Shown here piece by piece: positions 13,415-25,057 of a DNA stretch of 64,000 nucleotides (positions are counted from its first letter, which is position 1; each line of letters begins with the position of its first letter). The notes under the pieces were generated by a model. It was not told the origin of the DNA and did no database searches. It was given only the letters and a program-made list of their open reading frames with translations. The translations under genes were made by a program, and so were the position numbers. Origin of the DNA: an uncultured Planctomycetaceae bacterium (GTDB lineage Bacteria; Planctomycetota; Planctomycetia; Planctomycetales; Planctomycetaceae); NCBI GenBank assembly GCA_963815195.1, contig CAWFGE010000008.1, positions 128,001 through 192,000 of the forward strand, read 5' to 3'.

Positions 13415-15103
13415 ATGATGACGGTTCGCACGCGGTTTGCCCCCAGCCCCACCGGTTACATGCACATCGGCGGCATGCGGACGGCGTTCTTCAACTGGCT
13501 CTGGGCCCGGCACAGCGGCGGGCGATTCATTTTGCGGATTGACGACACCGACCAGGGCCGGCACGTCGAGGAAGCCCTCGCCCCCATTTTGGAAGCCTTT
13601 CGCTGGCTGGGCTTGGATTGGGATGAAGGCCCGGAAGTCGGCGGGCCGCACGGTCCTTATTATCAATCGGAACGGAGCGGCCTCTATACGGCCGCCATCG
13701 AAAAGCTGCTGGCCGAGGGCAAAGCCTTTCGCTGTTACAACACCCCGGAGCAAAACCAGGCGGACCGCGAGGCCGCCGAGAAAGCCGGCGGTGCGCGGCT
13801 TAACGTCCGCCGGTCGCTGGAACTTTCCAAAGCGGAATTGGATCAATACCAAGCCGAGGGCCGGCCGTTTGTGGTGAGACTGCTGGTGCCGCGGGACCGG
13901 AAGTTGAAAATCCAGGATGTGGTTCGCGGCGAAGTGGAATGGGATCTCGGCGGACTCGCGGACCCGGCGATCGCGCGGGGCGACGGTTCCGCGCTGTATA
14001 ATCTGGCTTGTGTTGTGGATGACGCGGCGATGGAGATCACGCATATCATCCGTGCCGAGGAACATCTCTCCAATACGCCGGCTCAATGTTTGATCCACGA
14101 AGCCTTGGGCCACGAACCGCCCGTGTTTGCGCACATTCCCTTCGTGACCGCGCCGGGAACCAACAAGAAACTCAGCAAGCGGGACGTCGGAAAATACCGC
14201 AACAATCCGCAGTTTCGCAAGATGTTCGACGCGGGCGACCGCGTTTTCGGCCGGCTGGGATTGGGCGATGCCGACGCTTTGAACCCCGTAATGGTTTCCT
14301 ATTACGAAACCATTGGCTACCTGCCGGCGGGCGTGCTCAATGCGCTGGCGCGGTTGGGCTGGTCGCTGGACGACAAGACCGAATACCTCTCCCGCGAGAC
14401 GTTGATTTCCCATTTCACCTTGGAGCGGGTCATCAAAGGCTCGGCCGGGTTCGATCCCGACAAGCTGCAAAGCTACCAGGCGCATTGGATGGGCGAGTTG
14501 TCGCTCGAAGAAAAAATCGCCGGCTGCCTGCCGTTTTTGATCCGGGCGAATTTGATCGCCGATCCGCCCGGCGACGAGACGCGGGAATACGTGGGCCGGG
14601 TGATGGAAATCCTCGGCGAGCGGTTGGTGATCTTCGGGGACATTCTGAACGCGGAGGATTTCTTCCTGCCGGATCGCGAATTGCCTTATGATGAGAAAGC
14701 CTTTGAGAAACGAATCACCAAACCGCCCGAAGCTCAGGGGCATCTGAAAGCGTTCCGCGAAAAACTCGCCGAGACCGAAGCCTTTGACGCGGTTTCCTTG
14801 GAGGCGCTCCTCAAAGCCTATTGCGATGCCACCGACATCAAGCTGGGCGACGTGATCCACGCCGTCCGCGTGGCCGCCACGGGCAAAGCCCAGGGACCGG
14901 GCTTGTTCGACACGCTGGCGGTGCTGGGCCGGGAACGGTGTCTGGCTCGCATCGACCGCGCTTTGGATCGCGCAGGCTTAGAACCGGCGACGAGCCACCC
15001 ACAGGGTCCCCGGCCGTTCACAGGCTGCCTTTGGACGAGGGGACGCCCGGTTGCCGGGGGTCGATGGCGACGGCCTGGCGGAGGGCCCGCGCGGTGGCTT
15101 TGA
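13415..15103 (+). CDS. gltX: Glutamate--tRNA ligase (true stop probably the TAG at 14979-14981, hidden by an indel)
   Basis: [48 protein letters not shown]. The last ~40 codons are not GltX-like and overlap the hisB 3' end. Confidence 0.93.
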   Translation: MMTVRTRFAPSPTGYMHIGGMRTAFFNWLWARHSGGRFILRIDDTDQGRHVEEALAPILEAFRWLGLDWDEGPEVGGPHGPYYQSERSGLYTAAIEKLLAEGKAFRCYNTPEQNQADREAAEKAGGARLNVRRSLELSKAELDQYQAEGRPFVVRLLVPRDRKLKIQDVVRGEVEWDLGGLADPAIARGDGSALYNLACVVDDAAMEITHIIRAEEHLSNTPAQCLIHEALGHEPPVFAHIPFVTAPGTNKKLSKRDVGKYRNNPQFRKMFDAGDRVFGRLGLGDADALNPVMVSYYETIGYLPAGVLNALARLGWSLDDKTEYLSRETLISHFTLERVIKGSAGFDPDKLQSYQAHWMGELSLEEKIAGCLPFLIRANLIADPPGDETREYVGRVMEILGERLVIFGDILNAEDFFLPDRELPYDEKAFEKRITKPPEAQGHLKAFREKLAETEAFDAVSLEALLKAYCDATDIKLGDVIHAVRVAATGKAQGPGLFDTLAVLGRERCLARIDRALDRAGLEPATSHPQGPRPFTGCLWTRGRPVAGGRWRRPGGGPARWL

Positions 15104-15605
15104 AGACCGCCTCGGCAATGTGGTGGCTGTTCTGGCCGTGGTGCAGAACCAGATGCAGATTCAACAACGCGTTGCTCGAGACCGCTTGCCAGAACTCCCG
15201 CACCAACTCCGCATCGAACTCGCCGATTTTTTCGGTGGGAAGCTCCACGCGATAAACGAACCACATCCGCCCGCTGAAATCGAGGGCCGACGTCACGAGC
15301 GTTTCCTCCATCGGCAGCGTCATCGAGCCGTACCGCGTCAAGCCGCGCTTGTCGCCGACCGCTTCCAGAAGGGCTTTGCCCAGGCAAATGCCCACATCTT
15401 CCACGGTGTGGTGCTGATCGACGTCGAGGTCGCCGTCGGCTTCGATGGTCAAATCGAACAACGCGTGCTTGGCCAGGAGCGTGAGCATGTGGTCGAAAAA
15501 GCCGACGCCCGTGCGGATTTCCGCCTGTCCGCTGCCGTCCAGGTCGAGTTCCAGCCGGATTTTCGTTTCCGCGGTTTCGCGGTGAATGCTTGCCGTGCGT
15601 GCCAT
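15018..15605 (-). CDS. hisB: Imidazoleglycerol-phosphate dehydratase
   Basis: [45 protein letters not shown]. Confidence 0.97.
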   Translation of the reverse strand: MARTASIHRETAETKIRLELDLDGSGQAEIRTGVGFFDHMLTLLAKHALFDLTIEADGDLDVDQHHTVEDVGICLGKALLEAVGDKRGLTRYGSMTLPMEETLVTSALDFSGRMWFVYRVELPTEKIGEFDAELVREFWQAVSSNALLNLHLVLHHGQNSHHIAEAVFKATARALRQAVAIDPRQPGVPSSKGSL

Positions 15606-15653
15606 GCGTGTGAGAGTTTCGATTCGAGAAGGAAGATGAAGTTGCGAAGCGCG

Positions 15654-16751
15654 CTACGTTTTGAGGACCGACACGATGTTCGCCAGACTCTTCAGACAGG
15701 CGTCGGCTTCCTCGTCGGTGCCGATGGTGATTCTGAGCCCGTCGTTCGCTCGGCCGGGCTGTTCGGGAACATGAGGAAAATTCATGTAGCGGATCAAGAT
15801 CTTCTGTTTTTTGAGTTCTTCAAAGATCTCGGCGTGGGGGATGGCGGAATGCGTGGCCCACACAAAGTTGGCCTGGCTGTCCACGACCTGAAATCCGAGG
15901 TTTCGCAGTTCTTCCGTCATGCGGGCGCGGGTCTGGCGGATTTTCGCGACGTTGCTTTGCATCCAGGTTTGATCCGCGAGCGCCGCCGTCGCCGCGGCCA
16001 GCGACAGCGTGTCGCAGTTGTAGCTGTCTTTGACCTTCCGCATTCCGAGGATCAATTCGGGATGCGCGATCGCCAATCCGAACCGCACGCCGGCGAGGCT
16101 GTAGGATTTGCTCAAGGTGCGGGTGATGATGATCCGCTTCGCCGCGGGATCGGTGGCATGCAGCAATTCCGCGCGGTGGGGCTTGTCGCAAAAATCTCCG
16201 TAGGCTTCATCGAGCACCAACACGCCCCTGGGTGGCACCAGGGACAGGATCTCCTCATCGCTCCAGCGGTTGCCCGACGGGGAATTGGGATTGGGCACGA
16301 ACACCAGCTTGGCCCGCTCGACAATCGGGCGGGCGGTTTCCATGTCCCAAGACCAATCCGGATTTAAGAGCATCCGCTCGCACCCGGCCCCCTGGATTTC
16401 CGCCAGCGTTTCGTAGAGCACATAACTGGGATAGGGATACGCAATGAAGTCCGCCGAGTCCACAAACGAGCGAGTGAGAATGGTCAGGTTCTCGTCGCTG
16501 CCGTTGGCGGGCAGGATCCAATCCGGTTCGACATGAAAGACCGCCGCGGCTTCTTCGCAAAATTTGCGGGCGAGCGGATCGGGATAGATGTTCAACCGCC
16601 CGCGGGCCGCCGCCTCGATCGCCGCCACGACCTGGGGCGACGGCGGATAGGGGTTCTCGTTGGTATTCAGCTTGACCCACCCCGGTTCTTGGGGCTGCTG
16701 GCCGGGCACATAACCGGCCAGGCGGTCGACATCGGGACGAAACAGGCTCAT
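15654..16751 (-). CDS. hisC: Histidinol-phosphate aminotransferase
   Basis: KLNTNENPYPP, NGSDE, PNPNSPSG, DEAYGDF, RTLSKSYSLAGVRFG, LRITIGT. Confidence 0.96.
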   Translation of the reverse strand: MSLFRPDVDRLAGYVPGQQPQEPGWVKLNTNENPYPPSPQVVAAIEAAARGRLNIYPDPLARKFCEEAAAVFHVEPDWILPANGSDENLTILTRSFVDSADFIAYPYPSYVLYETLAEIQGAGCERMLLNPDWSWDMETARPIVERAKLVFVPNPNSPSGNRWSDEEILSLVPPRGVLVLDEAYGDFCDKPHRAELLHATDPAAKRIIITRTLSKSYSLAGVRFGLAIAHPELILGMRKVKDSYNCDTLSLAAATAALADQTWMQSNVAKIRQTRARMTEELRNLGFQVVDSQANFVWATHSAIPHAEIFEELKKQKILIRYMNFPHVPEQPGRANDGLRITIGTDEEADACLKSLANIVSVLKT

Positions 16752-16901
16752 GGAGGAATCGGCGTCTCGGAACAGGTTGATGGAAAAAGATTATTGTCCG
16801 CACTTCACCAAGCGGGGTCAACGTTCATTGATTGATCGCAGATCGTTTTCCCGGCGAAGCCGTTGCTTCGTTCTCCATTCCCGACATGCTATAACCGCAT
16901 C

Positions 16902-18341
16902 ATGGCAAAACACAGGCAAATCCGGCGGGGTCAACCACCGCGACCGAAGACGGAGATTTCCCCGTCCGCACCGCCGAATTCGGCCCGGCAGGTTGTGTTT
17001 GTCGTGCTCGAGCAATACCGGCGGACCGGAGAGTTTGTGGCCGAGTTGCTCCAAGCGGAAATCGCGCGGGCCGGGCTCGGTTCGCAGGATCGCCGGTTGG
17101 CGCGGGAAATGGTTTCGGGAATCGTTCGCCGGCAGGCGACTTTGGACGCCCTCGTCACGCCGCACATCCGCCGAGCACGGGAGAACGTCGAAGATCCCCT
17201 CTGGCGGCTGCTGCAGATGGGCGTTTATGAGTTGGCGTTCCTCGCGGGCATCCCGCCGCGGGCCAGCGTGAACGAAACGACCGAACTGGCCCGGTTCCTC
17301 AATCGGCCGCGCTGGACGGGATTTTTGAACGGCACGCTGCGGTCAATCTCGCAAAGCCTGCTCGAAGAAACCACGGACTCGCCCGCGGCCGACGCTTTCC
17401 CCGTGGAGGCGGGGCGGTATCGAAAGTCTAGGGTGCCTTGTTTTCCCGATCCCCAAACCGACCCCGAGGGCTATTTCGCGGCGGCCTTTAGTTTTCCAAG
17501 TTGGCTTGTCGAACGCTGGGAGGCCCGGCACTCTTTTGAGGAACTGGTGGAGTGGGGGTTCTGGTTCAACGCGCCCCCGCCTCTGGTGCTGCGGGTCAAT
17601 CCGCTCAAAACCACGCGGGCTGAGATCCTGGAGCGGTTTCGCGAACAAAACATCCCGGCGGACGCGGGGCCTTTGCCGAACGCAATACGTTTGCCGGAAT
17701 CGCGAAACGTCGCGGAACTCGCGGGCTTTGCCGAGGGCTGGTTCAGCGTGCAGGATTTGACCGCCATGAAAGCCGTGGAGTTATTGAATCCCCGCCCCGG
17801 CGAGACGGTGTGGGACGTGTGTGCGGCTCCCGGCACCAAGACCGGGGCCATCGCCGAGCACATGCAAAACCAGGGCCGCGTTGTTGCCACCGACATCCAC
17901 GCCCGCCGGTTGGCTCGGATCGAAGACAACAAACAACGCCTGGGATTGGACATCATCGATGTCGAGGCCATTTCCCCGGACGGAGAGATTTTGCCCGCCG
18001 GTCCGTTTGATGCAGCGCTCGTGGATGTGCCCTGCTCCAACACCGGCGTTTTGGGAAAGCGAGTCGAAGCCCGCTGGCGATTGCGGCCGGCGGACCTTGC
18101 AGAGCTTCCCGGCATTCAACGCCGACTGCTCGACGCGGGCGCGGATCGGATCCGGCCCGGCGGGCGATTGGTGTATTCCACCTGCAGCATCGAACCTGAA
18201 GAAAACGAGAACGTGGTCGAATCATTTTTGAAAGAGCGAACCGCTTGGCAATTGGTCGAACAGCACACGCATTGGCCCGGAAAGCCGGCCGACGGCGGTT
18301 TTGCAGCGCTCCTTCAACACGCGGGCGGAAGCGTGTTATGA
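16902..18341 (+). CDS. rsmB: 16S rRNA m5C967 methyltransferase RsmB (NusB-like plus SAM domain)
   Basis: VNETTELA...FLNGTLR, VQD, DVCAAPGTKT, DVPCSNTG, LVYSTCS..PEENE. Start taken as ATG 16902. Confidence 0.9.
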   Translation: MAKHRQIRRGQPPRPKTEISPSAPPNSARQVVFVVLEQYRRTGEFVAELLQAEIARAGLGSQDRRLAREMVSGIVRRQATLDALVTPHIRRARENVEDPLWRLLQMGVYELAFLAGIPPRASVNETTELARFLNRPRWTGFLNGTLRSISQSLLEETTDSPAADAFPVEAGRYRKSRVPCFPDPQTDPEGYFAAAFSFPSWLVERWEARHSFEELVEWGFWFNAPPPLVLRVNPLKTTRAEILERFREQNIPADAGPLPNAIRLPESRNVAELAGFAEGWFSVQDLTAMKAVELLNPRPGETVWDVCAAPGTKTGAIAEHMQNQGRVVATDIHARRLARIEDNKQRLGLDIIDVEAISPDGEILPAGPFDAALVDVPCSNTGVLGKRVEARWRLRPADLAELPGIQRRLLDAGADRIRPGGRLVYSTCSIEPEENENVVESFLKERTAWQLVEQHTHWPGKPADGGFAALLQHAGGSVL

Positions 18342-18427
18342 TCTCGTCAGTGCACCCGAGTTGACGGCGGCTGGAAACCGTCGCGAACGGCCATCCCACC
18401 CACGAAACTGCCAAACGAACAACGTCC

Positions 18428-18997
18428 ATGACCGAATCTCCCTCGACAATCGAAAACCTGGTCGATTTGATCCGCCAACGGCGGACGGTGCATACATTCC
18501 AGCCGGAGACGCCGCCGCAGGAAGCCATCCTGCGGGCGGTGGAAGTGGCCCGCTGGGCGCCGAACCATCACCACACCGAACCCTGGCGGTTTTTGCTCTT
18601 GGGGCCGGAAGCCGCTTCGCGGATCGTGGATCTCAACGCGGAACTCGTCACCGCCCGCAAGGGACCGGAGCACGGGGAACACAAACGCCAGCGGTGGAGC
18701 ACCGTCCCCGGTTGGCTCGCAGTGACCTGCCCCTATTCCGAGGACCCGCAGCGCCAGCAGGAAGACTACGCGGCCTGCTGCTGCGCCGTCCACAACTTTT
18801 CGCTCGCCCTGTGGAGCGAAGGCATCGGCGTCAAATGGACCACCGGCGATGTCACCCGGCATCCGCGGTTCTTCGAGATGCTCGACATCGATCCCGCCAC
18901 GCATTTTGTCGTGGGGCTGATGTGGTACGGTTATCCCGCGGAAATCCCCACCGCCCGCCGAAAGCCCGTCGAAGAGATCTTTACCGAATTGCCGTGA
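18428..18997 (+). CDS. Nitroreductase family protein (YdjA-like)
   Basis: IRQRRTVH, ARWAPNHHHTEPWRF, GIGVKWTTG, GYP. Confidence 0.9.
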   Translation: MTESPSTIENLVDLIRQRRTVHTFQPETPPQEAILRAVEVARWAPNHHHTEPWRFLLLGPEAASRIVDLNAELVTARKGPEHGEHKRQRWSTVPGWLAVTCPYSEDPQRQQEDYAACCCAVHNFSLALWSEGIGVKWTTGDVTRHPRFFEMLDIDPATHFVVGLMWYGYPAEIPTARRKPVEEIFTELP

Positions 18998-19383
18998 GCC
19001 GCAACAAAAAGGGAGCGGTGCGAGAAAGAGATCGGCGCTCCTGCCAAGCAGGATTGTTGCATAAAAGCAAATCGACGCCCCGGGCCAAAGATCTCAAACC
19101 CGGCATTTCGATCAGGTCGTCACCGCTCCATCGATCACCCTACCGCGCGGGTCAACGCGAATCAAGACGCAGTTGAGAGAATCTCGGCGTCACCGCGATG
19201 CCATAGAATTGATTCAAGCATTCCGCTTGTCCCATCTTGCTCAAATCGTCGCTTTCTCCTAAGATTACATGAATGTGCATTTTGGTGCATGGTCTTCGTG
19301 ACCCTGGATTCCGCGTTTCCGATCAGGTGTTTGGCTTGGCGGAACGGACGAAGACAAAACCGCATTGCTTCAAGGGGAATTAG

Positions 19384-20826
19384 ATGGGAAGATTCGTTGT
19401 AAGTCCTGTGCGGATGGCGATTTGTGTGTTCTTGCTGGGGGCCTCGGCCAATCTGGTGTTTGCCGGGCCCGCCCAAGCAGAGGAACGAACCAAGGACGCC
19501 GAGTATTACGAGCTGATGCAGGTGTTCGTGGACACCTACGAGCAAATCGACCGGAACTACGTCAAAGGCGTGGACCGCCGGAAGCTAATGGAAGCGGCGA
19601 TCCGGGGCATGCTCGAAGAGCTCGACCCCTATTCCTCCTACATCGATCCCGATGAGCTGACGAAGTTCAACCAGACCGTGGAACAGGAGTTCGGCGGGAT
19701 CGGCATCCAGGTGCAGATCGACCCGGACACGCACCTCATCACGGTGATTTCGCCGTTGCCCGGGACGCCCGCGTACAAGGCGGGCGTCAAGGCCGGGGAT
19801 GTGCTCATGGAGATCGAAGGTCAATCGACCAAGGGATTTCAGATCGACGATGCGGTGAAGCTCCTCAAGGGGAAAGCGGGCGAGGAAGTCAGCATTGGCG
19901 TCTTGCATTCCGGCGAAAAGGAAATTACCACCCTCAAAATGAAGCGGGACATCATCCAGGTCGCGACCGTGCTCGGCGACAAGTATAAAAAGAACAATGA
20001 TTGGGATTTCCTGATCGATCCCAAGGACAAAATCGGCTACATCCGCCTCACGCATTTCAGCCGCCGGAGCGCCGATGAGCTTTTGGAAGCCCTCCGCGAA
20101 TTGCAGCGCGAAGATATGAAAGGCCTCATTTTGGATTTGCGGTTCAACCCCGGCGGGCTGTTGACGCAGGCGATTCGGATTTGCGACATGTTCGTCGAAG
20201 AAGGCCGGATCGTCAGCACCAAAGGCCGCAACACCGACGAACGGGTTTGGGACGCTCACAAAGGCGGCACCTTCACCGGCTTCCCGATGGTGATTCTTGT
20301 GAACCGCTTTAGCGCCTCGGCCAGCGAAATCGTCAGCGCCTGCCTCCAGGACCACAAGCGGGCCACGATCATCGGCGAACGCACCTGGGGCAAAGGCAGC
20401 GTGCAAAACGTGATCGAACTCGAAGGCGGAGCGAGCGCCCTCAAGCTCACCACCGCCAGCTACCATCGGCCCAGCGGGAAAAATATCCACCGCTTCCCCA
20501 AGGCCAAGGAATCCGACGAATGGGGCGTCATGCCCGACGAGGACTACAAAGTCCAATTCTCGACCGAGCAGCTTCGGGACTATTTGAATTACCGCCACGA
20601 CCGCGATGTCCTTGACGGCGACGGCCCCCCCAAATCGGGCTTCAAAGATACCCAGCTCTCAAAGGCCTTGGACTACCTGAAAAAAGAACTGGGCACACCC
20701 AAACCCCAAGCCGCCGACAAAGGCGACACGCCCAAAGAGGAAAAAGCCAAACCCGCCGAAGCCTCCAAAGCCGCCGCCCATTTGGAACGCAAACCCCTGC
20801 GGATCCCGCGGCAAGTGGCATTGTAA
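19384..20826 (+). CDS. ctpA: S41 family C-terminal processing protease with PDZ domain
   Basis: Signal peptide; [45 protein letters not shown]. Confidence 0.92.
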   Translation: MGRFVVSPVRMAICVFLLGASANLVFAGPAQAEERTKDAEYYELMQVFVDTYEQIDRNYVKGVDRRKLMEAAIRGMLEELDPYSSYIDPDELTKFNQTVEQEFGGIGIQVQIDPDTHLITVISPLPGTPAYKAGVKAGDVLMEIEGQSTKGFQIDDAVKLLKGKAGEEVSIGVLHSGEKEITTLKMKRDIIQVATVLGDKYKKNNDWDFLIDPKDKIGYIRLTHFSRRSADELLEALRELQREDMKGLILDLRFNPGGLLTQAIRICDMFVEEGRIVSTKGRNTDERVWDAHKGGTFTGFPMVILVNRFSASASEIVSACLQDHKRATIIGERTWGKGSVQNVIELEGGASALKLTTASYHRPSGKNIHRFPKAKESDEWGVMPDEDYKVQFSTEQLRDYLNYRHDRDVLDGDGPPKSGFKDTQLSKALDYLKKELGTPKPQAADKGDTPKEEKAKPAEASKAAAHLERKPLRIPRQVAL

Positions 20827-20886
20827 ACGAACGGGAGTTGTCAATGGCCAGAGGGAGAAAAATCCCAATGACCAGGCGGCTTTCAA

Positions 20887-21004
20887 GAGCCGCGCACGAA
20901 GTAAGCGGTTTTCAGGAATCCAGACAACGCAAGACCGCTTACTTCGTGCGCGGCTCAGGGTTTTTTGCAAGACCGCTTACTTCGTGCGCGGCTCAGGGTT
21001 TTTT
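20887..21004. repeat. REP-like cluster: one forward and two tandem inverted copies of a 23-mer
   Basis: GAGCCGCGCACGAAGTAAGCGGT at 20887-20909. Its reverse complement is at 20934-20956 and 20972-20994, inside a 38-bp tandem duplication. Confidence 0.85.
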
Positions 21005-21079
21005 GGAACGACTGAATCTGTGAAATCCCATCAACCCGGCTCATTTCGAGTCGGGTTTTCCTTGCGCGACTCTGCAATC

Positions 21080-22123
21080 ATGTCGAAACCCAACCCCGAA
21101 CTTCTCCTGGCAATCGAATCTTCCTGCGATGAGACCGCGGCGGCGGTGATCGATCGCGAGCGGAAGGTGCTCTCCAATGTGGTCGCATCACAATCGGAAC
21201 TGCATGAAAAGTTCGGGGGCGTGGTGCCGGAAATTGCGTCCCGGGCCCATGTGCAGCGGATTTTGCCGGTGATTGACGAGGCCTTGGGACAAGCGGGCGT
21301 GGCTTTAAAAGATCTCGATGCCGTCGCAGTCGCGGTGGAGCCGGGGTTGGTGGGGTCGCTGTTGGTCGGACTCACGGCCGCGAAGACATTGGCTCTGACG
21401 CTCGACATTCCGCTGGTCGCGGTCAATCACATCGAAGCCCACATCTACGCCTGCCAAATGGCGAGTGAGCGCGACATCTTTCCTGCGGTGGGCCTGGTCG
21501 TCAGTGGCGGGCATTCCAATTTGTACGATTGCCGATCCCCGGTGGAGTTCGAACTGTTGGGGGCGACGATCGACGATGCCGCGGGCGAAGCCTTCGACAA
21601 GGTCGCGCAGATTCTGGGACTGCCATATCCGGGCGGGCCGTCGGTGCAGAAAGCCGCCGAGGCCGGCAATCCGAAGGCCTTCGCGTTTCCGCGGACCTTC
21701 TTGAAGGACGACCGGCTCCAGTTCAGCTTCAGTGGCATCAAGACCGCGGTGCTTTATGAAGTCACCGGCGTCCCCGGTTCGCATGCTCCGCCGGCCCCGC
21801 CTTTGACGGAACAGCGGGTGGCGGACATCGCGGCGAGTTTTCAGGAAGCGGTCGCGGACGTGCTCGTCGCCAAATGCCGGCAGGCGCTTCGGCAACGAGA
21901 TCGCAAAACGCTCTGCGTGGGCGGAGGCGTCGCGGCCAACGCCCGGCTGCGGGAAAAGCTCAACGAGCTCGCGGCCGAGGAGCAGATCGATCTGATCGTG
22001 GCCCCCTTGGCCTATTGCACCGACAACGCCGCGATGGGCGCGATCGCCTGGGAACGCCTGGAGGCCGGGCTCATCGCCGATTTGATGCTGGACGTCACCC
22101 CGGGACTGGTGCGGATGCCCTGA
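21080..22123 (+). CDS. tsaD: tRNA N6-adenosine threonylcarbamoyltransferase TsaD
   Basis: [71 protein letters not shown]. Confidence 0.96.
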   Translation: MSKPNPELLLAIESSCDETAAAVIDRERKVLSNVVASQSELHEKFGGVVPEIASRAHVQRILPVIDEALGQAGVALKDLDAVAVAVEPGLVGSLLVGLTAAKTLALTLDIPLVAVNHIEAHIYACQMASERDIFPAVGLVVSGGHSNLYDCRSPVEFELLGATIDDAAGEAFDKVAQILGLPYPGGPSVQKAAEAGNPKAFAFPRTFLKDDRLQFSFSGIKTAVLYEVTGVPGSHAPPAPPLTEQRVADIAASFQEAVADVLVAKCRQALRQRDRKTLCVGGGVAANARLREKLNELAAEEQIDLIVAPLAYCTDNAAMGAIAWERLEAGLIADLMLDVTPGLVRMP

Positions 22124-22135
22124 CGTCGAGCGGAA

Positions 22136-22825
22136 TCAATCGTCCCGCAAGAAACCGCTCAGGCGGAAGATGTAATACAGCAGCGTGAGCAACGATTGCA
22201 GCGTCGCGGCCACGTAGGTCCAGCCCGCCGCGTTCAGCACGTTGCGAACCGCGGCGGCTCCTTGCTCATCGACGATCTGATACTCCGAAAGTATTCGCTT
22301 GGCCCGGTTGCTCGCATCAAACTCCACCGGCAGGTTGATGACCTGAAACACGACCAGGCAGCCATACGCGATCAGCCCCAGAACGATCAATTTCGGGCTG
22401 GAGAAGAGGAAGCCCAAAATCACCAACACGAAAAACGCCATCGGGCCGAACTGCGCCGCGGGCACTGCCAGGTTGCGGGCGACGAGCGGGGCGTAATGTT
22501 TCGCGTGCTGAATCGCGTGTCCCGCTTCGTGGGCGGCAATTCCCACCGCCGCCGCCGAGCGGTTGTGATAGACCTCGCTGCTGAGCCTGAGCACCCGGTG
22601 CCGCGGGTCATAATGGTCGCTGAGCATCCCGTGCGTTTCCTCGATCTCCACGTCCTGGAGTCCCGCCTGATCGAGGATGTACCGAGCCGCCGCCGCTCCG
22701 GAGAGCCGGGCGTCGATCCGCTGCCCCTGGGCGTACGCGCGGCGGATTCGCCATTGCGCCCAGCCCATCAACAGCAGCGCCGGCGCGATGAACACGAAAT
22801 ACATCGGATCCCACCAAAGAAACAT
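22136..22825 (-). CDS. Membrane neutral zinc metallopeptidase (YugP / Zn_peptidase_2 family)
   Basis: LSDHYDP, AAHEAGHAIQH, LPVEFDASNRA, AAGWTYVAA. Confidence 0.93.
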   Translation of the reverse strand: MFLWWDPMYFVFIAPALLLMGWAQWRIRRAYAQGQRIDARLSGAAAARYILDQAGLQDVEIEETHGMLSDHYDPRHRVLRLSSEVYHNRSAAAVGIAAHEAGHAIQHAKHYAPLVARNLAVPAAQFGPMAFFVLVILGFLFSSPKLIVLGLIAYGCLVVFQVINLPVEFDASNRAKRILSEYQIVDEQGAAAVRNVLNAAGWTYVAATLQSLLTLLYYIFRLSGFLRDD

Positions 22826-23137
22826 CGTCGCTCGTCCTTATCCAAATGCAAAAGTGAGGAACTAATGAATCCTACGCCAAATTCGTGAAAGCTGTTGGGA
22901 CGGGGAGTCCCGGCGCGTTCCATTTTAGCAAACGACCCGGCAAGGGAATCGGATCATAGCATTTTGGAAAGAAGGCCGGGAACGGTTTTCGGAAATAGTC
23001 GGGAAGAAACGGGTGTTTTTTATCGCCGGGGGACTTAGAATAACCGGGAGAGCAAAACTCAGGCCGGAGGACTCTTTTGCTGCGGGAATTGTCCGGTGGA
23101 TTCTGAGGGGCAGCAACATATTGGGGGGAACCATTTG

Positions 23138-23860
23138 ATGAGTCAGGCCGCCCGCGGTCTCAAACAAATCCACGAGCTCAACATTCAACTGCGGAGCGTG
23201 GAGGAACGCCTGGAGCGCGGCCCGAAACGCATCCAGACGCGCGAACAACTGGTCGAAAGGAAAACGCAGGAAGTCCAGGCCGCCGAAAAAAAACTGACCG
23301 ATTTGAAGCTCGTCGCCAAGGAAAAGAACTCAGAGCTTCAGGCCAAGGAGGGGAAGATTGCCGATTTGACCGCCAAGCTGAACGCCGCGACGACGAACAT
23401 CGAATACGACACGCTCCGCCGGCAGATCGAAGCCGACACCGCCGCCAACGAAGTCCTGGAGATGGAAATCCTCGAATCGCTGGAGCGGGTCGATCAGCAA
23501 CAGATCGCCATCAAGAACATCAAGCAGGAATTGGAGCGGACCAAGAAGGAACTGGAAAAGGTGCAGGCTGAGGTCGCCGCCGAGGAACCGGGCCTCACCA
23601 CTCGGGCCGAGGAACTGGGCGGCCGCTTGAACGTGGCCGAGCGGGAGCTGCCCGGCGAAGTTCTGGAGCGCTACCGCCGGCTGGTGAAAAATCACGGAGC
23701 CGACGCGTTGGCGGTCGTGGAGAACAAATCGTGCGCCGCCTGCCACACCAAGCTCTCGCCGCAGGATGTGGTCAACGTCAACACCGGCAAGTTCTTCTTC
23801 TGCCGCGCCTGCGGCCGCCTGCTTTACCGGGCCGGCGGGGAAGTCGCTGATGATGACTAA
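23138..23860 (+). CDS. Coiled-coil protein with C-terminal C4 zinc ribbon (zf-RING_7 / CT398-like)
   Basis: Long heptad coil, then YRRL...CAACH...CRACGRLLY. Start taken as ATG 23138. Confidence 0.88.
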   Translation: MSQAARGLKQIHELNIQLRSVEERLERGPKRIQTREQLVERKTQEVQAAEKKLTDLKLVAKEKNSELQAKEGKIADLTAKLNAATTNIEYDTLRRQIEADTAANEVLEMEILESLERVDQQQIAIKNIKQELERTKKELEKVQAEVAAEEPGLTTRAEELGGRLNVAERELPGEVLERYRRLVKNHGADALAVVENKSCAACHTKLSPQDVVNVNTGKFFFCRACGRLLYRAGGEVADDD

Positions 23861-24068
23861 GGATCGTTCGAGAAATAAGTGTCCTCTATTTTGTGAGCGG
23901 CACGGCGCTAGCCGCCGGCTTTTCACGTTCCACCAACCGGTGGCTAGCGCCATTCCGCTCAGTTATTTCTCGAATGATCCTGATCCCAATGACCGACCGA
24001 AGTAGGGGACATCGGGAGAAGGGGAGGTCGGTGCGACTCGCTGATAAAGCCCAGCCAAAGGAACACCC

Positions 24069-24719
24069 ATGCCGCATGTGACCGAGATCGGGCATCCGTT
24101 GGTTCGGCATCATTTGAGCCGGCTGCGGGACGCCGGCACCCCGACGGCGGAGTTTCGCCAACTCGTCGGCCGGCTGGCGGTGCTGTTGGCGTATGAGGCG
24201 ACCGAGGATCTGGAACTGGGAAACGTCTCGGTGCAGACGCCGCTGACCGTGACCGAGGGCCGGCAATTGACGCAGCGAATCGGCCTGGTGCCCATCCTGC
24301 GGGCGGGCCTGGGCATGGTCGATCCGGTCTTAAACCTCCTGCCGGGGGCGGAAGTCTGGCACCTGGGCCTCTACCGCGATGAGGCCACCGCCCGGCCGGT
24401 CGAATACTACAGCAAACTCCCGCCGCGAAACCCCGTGGACGTGGCGTTCGTTCTGGACCCGATGCTCGCCACCGGCGGCTCGATCTCCGCGGCCCTCGAA
24501 ACCCTCCACATCTGGGGCGTCCCGCAAACAAAAGTCCTCAGCCTGATCGCCGCCCCCGAAGGCATCAAAGCCGTCCAATCCCGCTTCCCCAAAACGCAAA
24601 TCTTCGTGTGCTCGATCGACGAGAAGCTCAACAGCAAAAAATTCATCGTCCCCGGCCTGGGGGACGCGGGGGATCGGATTTTCAACACGCATCCGCCCGC
24701 AGATCATCCGGCCGAATAG
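24069..24719 (+). CDS. upp: Uracil phosphoribosyltransferase
   Basis: VPILRAGLGM, GLYRDE, LDPMLATGGS, IVPGLGDAGDR. Confidence 0.97.
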   Translation: MPHVTEIGHPLVRHHLSRLRDAGTPTAEFRQLVGRLAVLLAYEATEDLELGNVSVQTPLTVTEGRQLTQRIGLVPILRAGLGMVDPVLNLLPGAEVWHLGLYRDEATARPVEYYSKLPPRNPVDVAFVLDPMLATGGSISAALETLHIWGVPQTKVLSLIAAPEGIKAVQSRFPKTQIFVCSIDEKLNSKKFIVPGLGDAGDRIFNTHPPADHPAE

Positions 24720-24772
24720 ACGTAGGATGCGGCGGGGTGGCACTGGCAAAAAGGCGTGAAACGGATGGACTG

Positions 24773-24942
24773 TGTGTGCCACTGGCGCTGCCAGTGCGTT
24801 TTTGAGACAATCGTTGAGACGAAGCTCGGCTGGGATCGTGTTCTGCCTCGGAGACAACGTCTGCTGTTGTTGGGAACAAGAAATCAACAAGCCTTACTCG
24901 CACGAACACTTCACCGAGGCACTGCCAGAGCCAGTGGCACAC
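24773..24942. repeat. Inverted REP-like pair, GGCACTG..A.AGCCAGTGGCACAC family; another copy at about 13260-13285
   Basis: gtgtgccactggcgctgccagtgc near 24774 and ggcactgccagagccagtggcacac near 24918; ggcactgacaaagccagtggcacac near 13260. Confidence 0.7.
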
Positions 24943-25057
24943 AAGCGACCTCGAGATGACCCCGAATTCCCCGTTGCCAAGAACTTTCAAAAGGTGATGA
25001 TCAAGCAGGAAGGGAATGCGCGAATTGCCATCTCCAAAAAGATTCGATCGTTGTTGA

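Noticed and set aside
14982..15103. Real 86-bp convergent overlap of gltX with hisB
   Set aside because: The tail is not GltX-like, and a single indel at about 14970 gives a stop at 14981.
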